Shown piece after piece: positions 39,774 to 51,200 of a stretch of 64,000 nucleotides of DNA; positions within the stretch are counted from its first letter, which is position 1, and each line of letters starts with the position of its first letter. Where the stretch lies: assembly GCF_009834535.1 (NCBI RefSeq), contig NC_045696.1:12960001-13024000 (forward strand), written 5' to 3'. The stretch is from Camelus ferus (Eukaryota). The translations under genes were made by a program, and so were the position numbers. The notes below the pieces were generated by a model. It made no database searches and had not been told where the DNA came from. It saw nothing but the letters and a program-made list of their open reading frames with translations.

Positions 39774-40019
39774 TAGGGTTATTCAACCTTGGCACTATTG
39801 ATGCTTTGGGCCAGAGAATTCTTCATTGCGAATGGGGAATAAGGAGTCTTTATTCACAAAGTATTTTATCCATGGGAACTCTCCTCTACATTGTAGGATT
39901 TCTAGCAGCATCTCTGGCCCCTGCCTACTAGGTACCAGTAGCATCCCCTGACACTTCTCGCCCCATATCAATACCAGTATCTCCTGGGAGGCAAAACCAT
40001 CCTCTGTTGAAACCCACTG
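39774..40019 (-). mobile_element. MER20 hAT MITE
   Basis: 'agggttattcaaccttggcactattga...cattgtaggatttctagcagcatctctggcc...ttgaaacccactg', with an extra ~40-nt internal segment. Confidence 0.85.
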
Positions 40020-40098
40020 CCCTAGGTGAATGAAGTGTACATGCCAGAGATGAAGTAAAACTATGAGTTAAAATACGGCACCTCTACTAGTTATGTCA

Positions 40099-40412
40099 GT
40101 TTTACTTAAAAATATATATATTTTGAGAACACTTTTATTAAAACAAATATATTACAGAGTAGAATCTAACTCCTGCACACATTTTAAAGATGAAAGATCA
40201 AGTGCCTGCCGCAGGCTATAATTCTTGGCGCAAACATCAACAAATACACGTAACAAAGCTATGGGGCCGGATTCTTCTGCCCTTCCCAGACACGTTACTG
40301 TGGTTGAAGGCTCTTGCTTGCTGTTTCCGACAGCACCAAGCACTAACTTCACTGCTGCCCCAGGAAGGCCCTTGCACCGAACACTTAGTACCTTTACCGC
40401 AGGCTTGGGGGG
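40099..40412 (-). pseudogene. Possible 5'-truncated retrocopy of an mRNA 3'UTR
   Basis: Minus strand ends '...ctctgtaatatatttgtttt AATAAA agtgttctc AAAA'; locally CpG-rich; weak flanking repeat (9/12) at 40087-40098 and 40413-40424. Confidence 0.35.
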
Positions 40413-40914
40413 CTGGTTACATCATGCTTTCCGCAGACTTCTGTCATCTCTCTGCCTCCAGCCATACTCTTTTCTCCTCTTTTATCACCTGCCCCTCACC
40501 ACCCACCCCACCCCTTCCCTGCTATTGGGTGCAGAACAGTCAGGCTACACTCAGAATCCTGAGGGTCCCATTTTGTACCCACAAGCACTTATATGTATGT
40601 GTGTGTATGTGTATATGTATACACATATGTATGATTATATGTATGATTTTCTAACAGTTTCAGAGAGAATGACAATTTCTCTATTTTTTTATATAAATAT
40701 ATTCAGCAGAGTGAGGGGATTTTGGGGCACAATTAATTTGTAATTGAAGAAAATCTCAAGTGTCATTTCAGACCAAGAAGCTTGACATAGGCTTAAAATT
40801 AAACAGTCTTTTCTACATATTTTCTGTTTTATTAATCTGAGCTTTCCTCCAAGCCTTAATCATTGGGCTTGCGGGTCTTCTCAGAAATTTAATTACATTT
40901 GTATGCTCTAGTCC

Positions 40915-41415
40915 AGCATCAGGTATTCTCTTTAACCAAGCCACCCCAAAACTGAGTGCCTTAAACTAGCAATCATTTTATTATCTTATAGTTCTATGAG
41001 TTGACTGGGCTCCACTGGGAGTTTTGTTTGTTTTGGTTTTGGTTTTTTTGGGCGGGGGCTGGAGTCATTCATAACCTTGACCAGAACAGAACATCCAAGT
41101 TGGTTTGCTCACATGACACATTTGATGCTGACTATTGGCTGGTTGCTCTGTTGGGGCTGTTGACCGGAGAGGCTACATATATGTCCCTTGCTGGGTTTTT
41201 CACAACATGGTGGCTTGTTTCTGAGACAGTGTCCCAAGAAAGAGGAAGTGGGAGATGCCAATCCAAAGACTAGACCCAGAACTAACAGCATCACTTCTGC
41301 AGTGTTCTCTTGGCCATGCAGTTACAGGGCCAGTGCAGATTCAAGGAGATAGAAAATAAATTCCCCTTCTTGATGGGGAGATTGACAAAAAATTTGTGGC
41401 CATTTTTAATCCCCA
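40915..41415 (-). mobile_element. MaLR LTR (MLT1G/H-like), antisense
   Basis: 'ccaccccaaaactgagtgccttaaac', 'catcacttctgcagtgttctcttggcc', 'gattcaaggagatagaaaataaattccccttcttgatgggg'. Confidence 0.75.
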
Positions 41416-41577
41416 GTTGGTTTTTAGAGGCACAAGAATCTTTCCTCATTTGGACCCTACGTTGAGCCACTTTGGTTGTCATCAAATCTGGTATCTCAGC
41501 AGCACCTCTCTCACCAATTTGACCCCTGTCACATTGAGTTCTGCTCCAGTACTGTCTTCTTTCTTTTCCTTTTACTG

Positions 41578-41734
41578 ACTTTTTAGAAAACTGAAGCATA
41601 GCTGATTTACAATATTATGTAAGTTACAAATGAACAATATAGTGAGCCACAATTTTTAAAAGCTATACTCCATTTATAGTAACTATAAAATATTGACTAT
41701 ATTCTCAGTGTTGTACCGTATCTTTTGGTAGCTT
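41578..41734 (-). mobile_element. Short L1 3' tip
   Basis: 'tgaagcatagctgatttacaatattatg...aatttttaaaagctatactccatttatag'. Confidence 0.8.
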
Positions 41735-42344
41735 GACAATTTCTGCATTTTTTTTTTTAATCTTAGAAGTTGTGAACATCTCAAGTCAGAGGCTATATTT
41801 CTTTTACTTCACCTTTCATTTCAGATATCAGGTAGACATTAAGGTGTGTTTTCCCATCTTGCTCCAGGAAGCCTCATTGTCTTCTAATGAAATATGTTCA
41901 TTTTCCACAAAAATCTTTCAACCTGGGTGGGTATGGGTGGCCGGGCTTTAATTCATAATCATTTTTTGAGGGAAGAAGTGTCGACTGGCAGTTTTTCAAG
42001 CTGTGGAGACCTATTCTTGTTTTATCTTGGTAGTCAAATCTCTCACAGTTTAAAACTCAGTTTTTTCAACCCTCAAATTCTGTTGATTAAATTAGTTAAT
42101 GAATATTTACAGACAAAAGGAGCTAAGGCAATGCAAATGGAGTGAGGTTCTCTAGAATCAGCTCTAAAAGCAATTACATGACTTAAAGACCTCTACACAC
42201 TCTCTTCAGCCCATGGGATAAAGTCCAGACTCTAGGCCCAGTGCATGAGGCTCTTCCCATTCTGACTTGGTTTTATTTCATTCTCTAGTTTTATTTATTT
42301 ATTTATTTTTGCCCTGTACCTACTGTACATCATAAACTCTAACT

Positions 42345-42516
42345 CAGTACCTTCTCAAGTGTGGTTTGAAGACCGTCTGCCTCACTATTAAAAATACAGA
42401 TCCTTGGGGCATTTGCAGACTTATGAAATTAGAATCCTTGGGGGCAGAGCCCAGGAATCTGCATTTTTAACAAGTACCCTAGAGATTCTTCAACATACTA
42501 ATGTTTGAGAGTCACT
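42345..42516. mobile_element. MER5-like hAT MITE
   Basis: 'cagtaccttctcaagtgtgg...gcccaggaatctgcatttttaacaag...gtttgagagtcact'. Confidence 0.8.
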
Positions 42517-44170
42517 CCTAACCTCCTTGATATTCTCAACACCTTGATATATCTTTGTAAGACTTTTCAAATAATGTAACAGATCAGAGCATATGCTAGA
42601 AACTATCTCAGCCATTTATCCACAGTGAAAAAGGAGAAGGGTTCCTCCCAAGGAGGAGGGAAGAAACTGAAAAGGTGTGGGAGGAAGGAAGAACAGAATT
42701 CCATTGGTTTAGGATGGAAGAAGAGTTAAGCCTCAAAAATGCCCTGGGAAGGGTGTAAGTACCCCAATTCTATGTCTATTCCTAGATGTTTTTCTTCTTT
42801 TCTCACTAAATATTTGTACCCCATGATGAATTCAAGCAGCCTGGAATGCCATCTACCTCCTGCCTCTGGGCTATTGCATAAACTCACGCCTCCCTGGACT
42901 GCAGGGCTCCATTCTTCCCAGTGAAGACCCGGTGCAAATGGTACCTCTTGCCCCAATTCTGGGTCATGGTGAATCACTTCAACCTTTGGACTCCCGTGTA
43001 ATTTCACTCATGTCATTTTCTCGTGTATTTTGGATGTAACTCAAATATTTCCTGAGTACAAATGCAGTCATGTTAGTGATAATATCTGACTTTATTTACT
43101 TGGTAGCCTTTTTTGCCCCGGGAGATCCAGGGCTGTCTTCCTGTGTGCGGGAATGAGCCCACACATCCCGGTGCTGTTCCTGTCCAGCCACCAATTTCCC
43201 TGTATTTCTCGCCCTAAACTCAAAAGCCAATGGCAAAATCGCTTCCCACAATCCGAAGGCCAATGAGGTTGGCTGGCACAGTGCCACCGTGCTGGGGGCT
43301 CCTAGATTGGCAGTCGTAGGCTTTGCCAGGTGCGCATCTTTTCGCAGAGTAATTCCAGACATGCTAAATGGCTTGGGAGCATAATTTTAAAACCGACAAT
43401 GAAAGCCTGACCCGAGCTTGAGATGAGCTGGCTGACACCACTGGGCTCTGAACCTGTCTCCCAAGTTTCCTGGCAACCGCTGCGTGAAGGGAACACCTGT
43501 TAGCCGACGCCGTTGTTTTCATTGTCAATCAGAAGCAGGGCTGCCAGATGCTTTCCACAAAATCCTAGATGCACTTGATGTATCCCTATCAACTAGCTCA
43601 AATACTGCGAACTTGGGCGCCCGGCCATCCCCGAGGGAAGGCAGAGGAGGGGCTCTGCCGCTGCGGCTTCCAGAAGCCACCCCTGAGGGCCGGCGTTCGC
43701 CCTCCCCTCTGTTGTCTGCTGGCACTCGATCCCGGGTGGCCTGGCACCACTTAGAGCGAGCAGGCCGTCAGGCTTCTCCTTTCTGCCCTCAGCAGGAGAG
43801 AAGGAGGTGGTCCTCAGGTGGCTTTACGGTTCAGATAGCGGACTGTGCTCGCAAAGGGGCGCCGCGCGCGGAGACGGCGGGATCCCGCCATTGCAGCCTC
43901 CCGGAGGCCTGCCCACCCCGCCCCCGGCTCTCGCGATCCCTCCCCTCAACTCCTCGCGTGGGCTTCAGGCAGCGAGGATTGAGCCACAGGGATCCGCGGA
44001 CTCAGGATTCGCGGCAGACGGGGCGGGGCCTCTAGGGAGGGCGGGGCTTTGGAGCTACGGAGCGGGAAGGGCCGGACCTCGCGAAGCAGGCCTACGGGGC
44101 GGGGCCTCGAGAGGCGGAGGGCGGGGCTTTGGTCCGGGAGGGGGCGGTGGCCGCGGCGGCGGAGGGGAGG

Positions 44171-44240
44171 AGGGGAGGGGAGGGAAGAGAAGGGGAGGGG
44201 AGGGAAGAGAAGGGGAGGGGAGGGAAGAGAAGGGGAGGGG
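44171..44240. repeat. Polypurine tandem repeat, 20-bp unit x3.5
   Basis: AGGGGAGGGG(AGGGAAGAGAAGGGGAGGGG)3 inside a pure purine run 44161-44241. Confidence 0.97.
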
Positions 44241-44259
44241 GCGGCCGGCCGCGGGGAGG

Positions 44260-44342
44260 GAGTGAGTCACCTGATCTCTGCCCGCGCCGCCCGCCCCGTT
44301 CGCTGGCTGCCGTCAGTCGGGCCGCGCCGCGTCTCGGCTCTG
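44260..44342 (+). other. Probable non-coding first exon (start uncertain, 44260-44315)
   Basis: Consensus donor CTG|GTGAGT at 44342/44343 just downstream of the core promoter motifs; no ATG within the exon. Confidence 0.7.
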
Positions 44343-45768
44343 GTGAGTGGCTCCCAGTCCCGCGCGCCCTTCCCCGGGAGGGTCCGCTCGGCGGCGGCGG
44401 CGCGCGGTCAGGGCCGCGGGCCTGTGAGGGGCGGCTCGCGGGCAGGTCCGGGGCAGGCGGCGAGGGGGGCCCCGGGCGGCTGCTTTCTAGGCGGGGATCC
44501 CTCAGCGGGCGGCTGCGGCTCCGGTTCCTGGAAGGGGCCGCGTCCGCCGAAAGGGGCGACCGGTCGGCGCCCCTTGGCCGGGTGCGCGGCCAGCGCCGTT
44601 GTTTACGGGCCCGCTGTACTTTACCCCCGGGCGGGCGGGCTGGCGGGGGGCGGGGATGTACCGGGCCGCGGGTCCGGGCCCCCGCGCCCCCACCCCCGCC
44701 CCTCGGCCCCGCCAGTCCGCGGCCCTCCCGGGCTGTGACACATCAGCACCGCCCGTGCGGCCGGGCCCGGGCTCCGTATTGTCCTCCCGCCCCCTCCCAC
44801 CCCCTCCCACCACCCTCGGCAGCCGCCGCGTCCAGCGAGCTGTTTGCCTCCCGTCTGCCCAGCCCGGGTGTGTGTCGTGCGTGTAATCACGTAAGAAAGG
44901 CCGAGTTCGTGGCTGGAGCAAAAATACCACCTTGCGGGGCTGGGTTTGGCGAGGACTGATTTGGGGGCCCGGGGATCCCAGCGCTCCCTTTGTTGGAGTT
45001 TTGCCCGCTCGTTGTAATTCGGCCTACCACAGTCGGGCGAGAGTGGGTGTTGATCGTAGAGACTGCAGCTTTGTGCTCGCTCGTCTAACGTAACACGGGT
45101 GCCGAGGCTTTCTCGTTCTTGCACGGCAGTTTTATGTCATTGAGTAGAACTGTGCAGAAGGCTTTTGTTCAGTGAGCCTACTGCGTTAAATTTGGGCTGA
45201 TTCAAGGTATAGTGTAGTAGTAATTGTGAAAGAACGTGTGTGGGAAAAACAAGCTACAATGTCATGCTTGAAGGAACAAAGGCTGGTTTGTAGGGATGCC
45301 TATCTTTTTGGAGAATTCTATTAGTATTGGGACTGTTGCCACGGAGGGTGCACTATTAGATCTTTGTTCGTATATTTGGACACTCAGTATATCCAGGAGG
45401 GTTTGATTTTAAAGCAGTTCGGAAGGAGAAAGGGTGGAAGCACCGGCCGTGGTAGTTGACAGAGCGCTTCCACATGGTCTAGCAGAGAAATGGGAAGAGG
45501 CCGGCTTGCTCCTTCCTGGTCTTGGTTAGTGGTGCAAGGACTGGGCTGGGCTTGGTTTGAAGGCGTTTGCCGCTTCAGCCTTTGTATTAAAGAAGCCTGG
45601 GGAAAAGGGACACTTGGTGAGTCAGCTTGGAGAAGGATGGCCTTGCTTAAGTGATTGCATCGCGGCGTGCATTCTTGTTGTTTAACCTATGTCTGGGTCA
45701 GGTGGCTTACCGTTGTTCAGTATGTTGGTCGGATAGCAAGGTAGATGACTCCTTAAAAAAAGTTGGGT

Positions 45769-45779
45769 TGCTGAGTCAT
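45769..45779 (-). promoter_or_regulatory. Antioxidant-response element (NFE2L2/BACH-small MAF site)
   Basis: TGCTGAGTCAT on + equals ATGACTCAGCA, a perfect ARE consensus. Motif match only. Confidence 0.5.
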
Positions 45780-47934
45780 TCACCCCAGCCTGAGAGGTAA
45801 TTAGGAACAGCTGGTGCAGATAGTCTCATCACATGCCTGCCCTGTGAAAGGCCAAGGAGCGCTCAGGAGAGGTTGCTTCAGAGGCTTGGAGCTGGGGTTG
45901 TCTGTGTTGATACAGGTAATCAGTGGGTGAGGTGCAAGTACTCTTAGGTAGTGGCCAAGGAGTGCTGAGGTGGTGTTTAAACACAGAGCAGCCTCGTGAC
46001 CTACTACCTGAGAAGTTTGTGCTGGGGAGAGTTAAAACCAAGGAAGAAGTTTGCAGCCAGGAGTAACCTTATAACAGTATTGTAACAAAAATATTTACTA
46101 TTCTTACTGTATTTAGTTTTTTGTTTTCTTTTTGTGGTTTGGTTGTTGTGGGGTTTATACATTTCAGAAAGTGAACTTAATTTGTTCTTGGTGAAGATTT
46201 CTTTAGGAGAGCACAAAAGGAGACTTCCTTTGGGTTTTCATGGCCCCTGGCTTTTCATGCCTTCACTGGTAGTTTCTGGTGGCAGAGATGAAGGTAGGGA
46301 GAATGGGAGTGGAATTAACAGGTGTCTTTGGGTCAAGTCTAGAAAGAGCTGTCTAATCAAAGGCAAACCATATGTATGTCTGTCTCATTGTCTTAGTTGT
46401 GGCGCTGGTGTCTTTATATCTTGGGTCATTACTTGTTGCTTTAAAAATGAGCACAGAACCCAAGCACACAGCCCACATTGCTGACAAAGTTTAGGAATGG
46501 GAAATGTGGAGTGGGGGGATCCGACCTATCTGTGGTCTAAAGAATGACTGATTCTTATTGATGGCAGTTTATTGAAAACATTTTGTACTGGGGAAAAAAA
46601 TGCTTTACATTTGGGATTAGAAAGGAGTAGAAATCATACATTTTTTAGGGATTAGGGTTTCTAAGGTGGATGCAGGATTATTCATTTGTAAGAAAATACT
46701 AAACCTTTGGTTTTTAAAACTTTACTTTTGTATAAAATGTAGACATTGATCTTCAAGATACAGGTTAACAGTAATACATGCACATTATGTAACATGGGTT
46801 TACACCCCCCTTTTTTCTGCTGGGAGCATAAAGACTTTGTTAACCACTGCCAATAACACTTTCAACAGCTGGAGTACTTTTTTTTTTTTTTTTAAACTTC
46901 TGATTTCCTCTAGAAAGCTATCATTCTTTCAAAGTGTTCTTAATATTCATTTAATTTTTATTTCATATGTAGTTCTGTTCTTTTATGGTGTATTTTAAAG
47001 ATTAGACACATGAATGTAAATTTCTTATTGTGTTGTTGATGTAAAGAATGGAAATAACAAAAAAATACAGAGTTGCCCATTACTTATGATACTGTGTAGT
47101 TTGAATTTGAAGGCAAGCCGGGTGGTTGATTAGTTTCATGGAAACGCCCTTAAGTGTAGTAATATGTAAAAAGGGGTAGCGGGACCACCGGAAGACAGTC
47201 TACACGTTGGAGCACGATTTGTATATAACACATTCTTCAAAAAATTACTCTGTCCTGTTATTCCTTGAAGTCTGCATTTTTGGGGGACCAAGTTTACAAG
47301 GGCTCCTTTAACAAAGATTAATAAAACTACACAGTCATCAGATCACTCGGGAAGTGGCATCCCCCAACCCCTCAAAAGAATGTTATTTATGCAGGAAATT
47401 AACCTTCTAGGCATGCTGGGCGATGGTTAGTATTTACCATTCTGTTAAATCTCATAGACCATATGCCTTCTGCACTCCTGTACTGTGAGAAATGTTGCTG
47501 AGAATAATGATTGCAAAGCCCTTTAAAATGACTCTTGTCAGAGATTCTTTTCTCAATGCTGATCTCTCCAAGACTTTTGTTTTAGGAACCATCTCTTCCT
47601 CCCAATTTTCTGATTAATGTTCTGTTAATGAGACAACTGCTTTAACCCTAAACTCACATTTCTTGAGGATTCTGCTAAATAGAGGGTGTATTTAATGTAG
47701 TGGAATGGATGACTTACAAAAGTATTTTGATTAAAAAAAATATGCTGACTAAGGTAATCTACTGAAGCCCAAGGTATGGATAATTTGAACATGGCTTGCC
47801 AGAATCCAGGCCCCTTGGAGAGGGTAAACATTTCATGATGGCAGATAAAATATAGACTTACGCCATCATGAAACTGGGCTTCTGGCTTAGGGCATGGCAT
47901 TAATGGAACTGAAGTTGTGGGGTTGACAGAGAAG

Positions 47935-48200
47935 CAGTAAGTGAAGTCGTTTAAAGTGGGAGATCTGGATCTGGACTGCCGAAGTTCAAGTTCTCACTGT
48001 GTTAGTTACCTGCTGTGAAGCCTTGAGCAGATTTCTTCACTTAGTTGTGCCTCCTTTTCTCATCTGTAAAATAGGGATGATAGTAATAGAATCTGTGTCA
48101 TGGAAATTGTTTACAAATTAAGTGCATTAGTACTTGTTAAGTGGTTAGCACAGTGCTGGCTCCATATGAAACATCAAGACGTAGGAAAGGTTATTGTCTG
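47935..48200 (+). mobile_element. MIR SINE (near full length)
   Basis: 'ctggatctggactgcc...ttttctcatctgtaaaatagggatgatagtaatag...ttagcacagtgctggc'. Confidence 0.85.
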
Positions 48201-51200
48201 TTCTTCAAAATCAGGGAAGTGCTTGGTTATACAGCGACCTTTTGCAGCCTCCTTGAGCTGCATTTCACCCAATGATCACAAGAGACACTGAGAAGAAGCA
48301 TGGGGGTGTGCCACACGTGGCTGCTACTGGCAGAACAACTCAAGTGGTAAGTTAACTGATCAGTTAACAGAAGCATCTCAAACCCCCAACTTCTTAGGGC
48401 AAGGAACACAGGACATAGCCTTTTATTGAAGAAATCTAACAGTCTAAGCAAAATGCTCTAGTGACAGTTATTATCAGTTAATTGGAATTGGTTTTTGAAG
48501 AAATAAAATCACTTGTCACTCTGCATCTAATCTGTTCTTCACATGATAGTTGAGGACACTGTCTGACAAGGTTAGGAGCCTGTCCTCTCCCTTCCTACTT
48601 ATTAACATCAGGACAGAACTCATTTCTTGATTCTCAGTCCTGGCTTGTATGTTGTGACCATTTGGAATGTAAATTTACTTGTCAGTTACTTCTAAGGACT
48701 GTTTTTTTTTAATGACATGCTTATGCTAATATAGAAAAATTATCCACAATAAACAGTGTATGTGTTTACCATATGGCTTCTTGCACCTGTTAGTAATTCA
48801 CAAAGGTTGTGGCAAACATTTTGACCATCCTTTTGACTAGAGTGTAAGTTTCTTGATGAGATAAATGTCTCCTCTTTTATCTCTGTGAAACATTGAGTGT
48901 GCTATGGCCATGTTTGTTCAGTAAACTGTCAGGTGCTGCACTGGTGGTATACTATAAGTTAATTTTAGTTCTATGGTTTTGAAACTTGGGAATATTTGAG
49001 ACTGAAGGAGAGAACAGTCTGTGTTGTACCTCTAAAGTTATTTTAAATGTGTGCTGAGTTGAAACTTGTGGTAGTTTAGAATTCTGCTTTCTGTTTCCAT
49101 CATTGGTGTGAGGATTAAGGAAGCAGCTAGATTTAAATCATTCATTTAGTTCGTCTCCTGAGACAGAAAGAAAATTTGTCTTGTGGCTTCTTTTTACTTG
49201 TAATTGACTTAGAATTGGATTGAGCAAAATGTAATTTGGGTCCTTTAGATGTTAAACCTCTTGTACGACTGCTGAAACTTTCCTTTAATATGATCACTCC
49301 TCTAAAACAGATCCTTTGTTTTGTTTAGGATCAGGGACAGTTTAGAGAATATTAATAGGATTATAAAAATTGCCCCCAAGCAAACATAAGGAACAAAGAA
49401 ATAGTGGTTGCCAGAATCTTGGTTGTTAATGAGTGTCATCGGAGCACAGCGGGCATGCGGTGAAGTTGGTGTGCACTGGTTCCTTTCTCAGCACTGGCAC
49501 AATTTAGGAAATGTTACCTCAATGCAGCTGAAACTGTGTGCAAATCATGTCCTTTTAAAAATAAATTTAAGTTATTTTTCTAATGCCTTGAGAAACTTAA
49601 TATTTAAAGGATATTTTTCTAAGAAAATAATTATTCCCAGCTTCTATCTGGTAAAGTAATTTTCACTCTTTGTATTTGTCATTTCTTAGGTTGGCTCAGA
49701 GTCATGGTGGACAGTTGCACTCCACTCCCCACTGGCTCCCCCCCCCCCATGTGGAATTACTCCAAAAAGTGTTTTGTATAGTGGGGCCATTTTTTTCAGT
49801 TCCTTTGTAGCATGGGTATTGGCAATATTCTACCTCCAAGGTTATAGACTAACTTGGTGTGGGTATGGGGAATGTCTTGTCTCCCTCTTCTGCTCTTTTT
49901 TCCCCCCATTGATTTCTTCTCTTTACTGACTTGTCAGCCTCTAAGATTCCCAGGGGAGATGTTTTTGGCCTGAAGAGGTGAACTCTTAGGGCCTTGTTGA
50001 AGAAATGGGGAGACCCGTTCAATCAACTTCCTGTTTGCTAATATCTTCATATCTTTAATGCCTTATTCCTCCAAAATGTGCCAGTGCCTTTTGGAGGTCG
50101 GTTAAATAAGTGAGGAGAGTTACTTATCCATTAGAAAGTTTTCTCTAAAATATGTGGCTGTAAAAGATTTATTAGTCTTTCAGTAACTTTATTAGGTTAT
50201 CTTTTTAGAATAAGTAGTTTTTGGTAAGGTCAGTACTTTCATTTGTGTGTATTTTGCACTAAAATATTATTTTATAAAATGTAAAGTGGTTGTAAATCTA
50301 GGCCCAAGGTGCTTCATTTTCAAAGTACCCAGTGTCTTTTGTGTCTGTTTTTCTGTGGACTATTCCTAGCATGGCTCAGGGCTCTCTCTCGATAGAATTT
50401 ATTACTAAAATTAGAAGGAGAAGTAAGAGAAAAAAAAGCTATTGCCCTTTTAATCAGTTTTTCCACATTAGTAAGATATGTTTGAAATCGAAAAACATTT
50501 TGCCCAGCTGAACAAGGTTCTTTGCTTACATACCTTCATTCCCAGCTGTCATCCAGAGAAATCAAGGGAAATTCAGGTTAGGGATGAGTCTGTAGCTACT
50601 CTCAACTTTGCCTTCCTGTCTCTTTGTGGTAAAGGACTGTTGCAAGTATTATTCAAGCTCTAGATACATTTCTTTTTCTTCTTCTTCTTCTTCTTTTTTT
50701 TTTTTAAATTTTTTAAGTGCTTTGCCTTTGAGGGCATGCCTGTGTCACTGGCCTAGTTTGCTGTCTGTTGCAGACTCCAGCAAGAAGGCTGGGACACCTT
50801 TCCCTCCCCGGAGCAGGTGGGCGGCAGTGCTCCCATTGGCAGAGTCGCTGGGATACACGCACACCTCCCTGCCATTGGTTCTCAGGTACAGTGTGGAACC
50901 ATCCTCCCTTCTTCTATTGAGTTAACTTTGACCAGCTCTCTGATCCCTGGAGAGTAAAGAATAATGTGTGTTTTCAAGTTTCAAGGCACTTTGGTCTCTT
51001 ACCTTCCTGTGCATGCTGTACTTCTCCCCCAACTTACACACAAACACACATTCAACGTTTGGTGTGTGTAGATAGTAGGGCTGTTAAACTCATTTCAGCA
51101 TTTGTGGTCTGCCTACATGTTAGGCATTGGGTTTACAATTTGATTTATTAAACAAGTATTTATGCCTTTGTATGCTAGGAACTTTTCTAGATGTTGGCCA

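Larger units (their letters stand above)
43480..45130 (+). promoter_or_regulatory. CpG-island promoter of an unidentified + strand gene
   Basis: Abrupt, very GC- and CpG-rich, repeat-free block. Four GC boxes (44020, 44039, 44096, 44119), AP-1 TGAGTCA 44263-44269 overlapping E-box CACCTG 44268-44273, Inr-like TCAGTC 44313-44318. Confidence 0.92.

Noticed and set aside
40190..40743. Overlapping 154-aa and 172-aa ORFs
   Set aside because: They run into a (TG/TA) microsatellite and resemble no known protein. The region looks more like an antisense 3'UTR.
44171..44240. Regular repeat array considered as CRISPR-like
   Set aside because: Head-to-tail units with no spacers, in a eukaryotic context.
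44260..44342. Assigning a gene symbol to the CpG-island gene
   Set aside because: There is no coding exon in the window and I do not recognise the 5'UTR; any name would be a guess.
43484..45124. Many long overlapping G/R/P/A-rich ORFs (up to 276 aa)
   Set aside because: Stop-codon scarcity in a CpG island. The repeated GGEGREEKGR peptide is just the 20-bp purine repeat.
49658..49740. Strong-looking acceptors at 49689 and 61162 as exon 2 candidates
   Set aside because: No convincing downstream donor or coding frame; cannot be told from decoy sites without transcript data.
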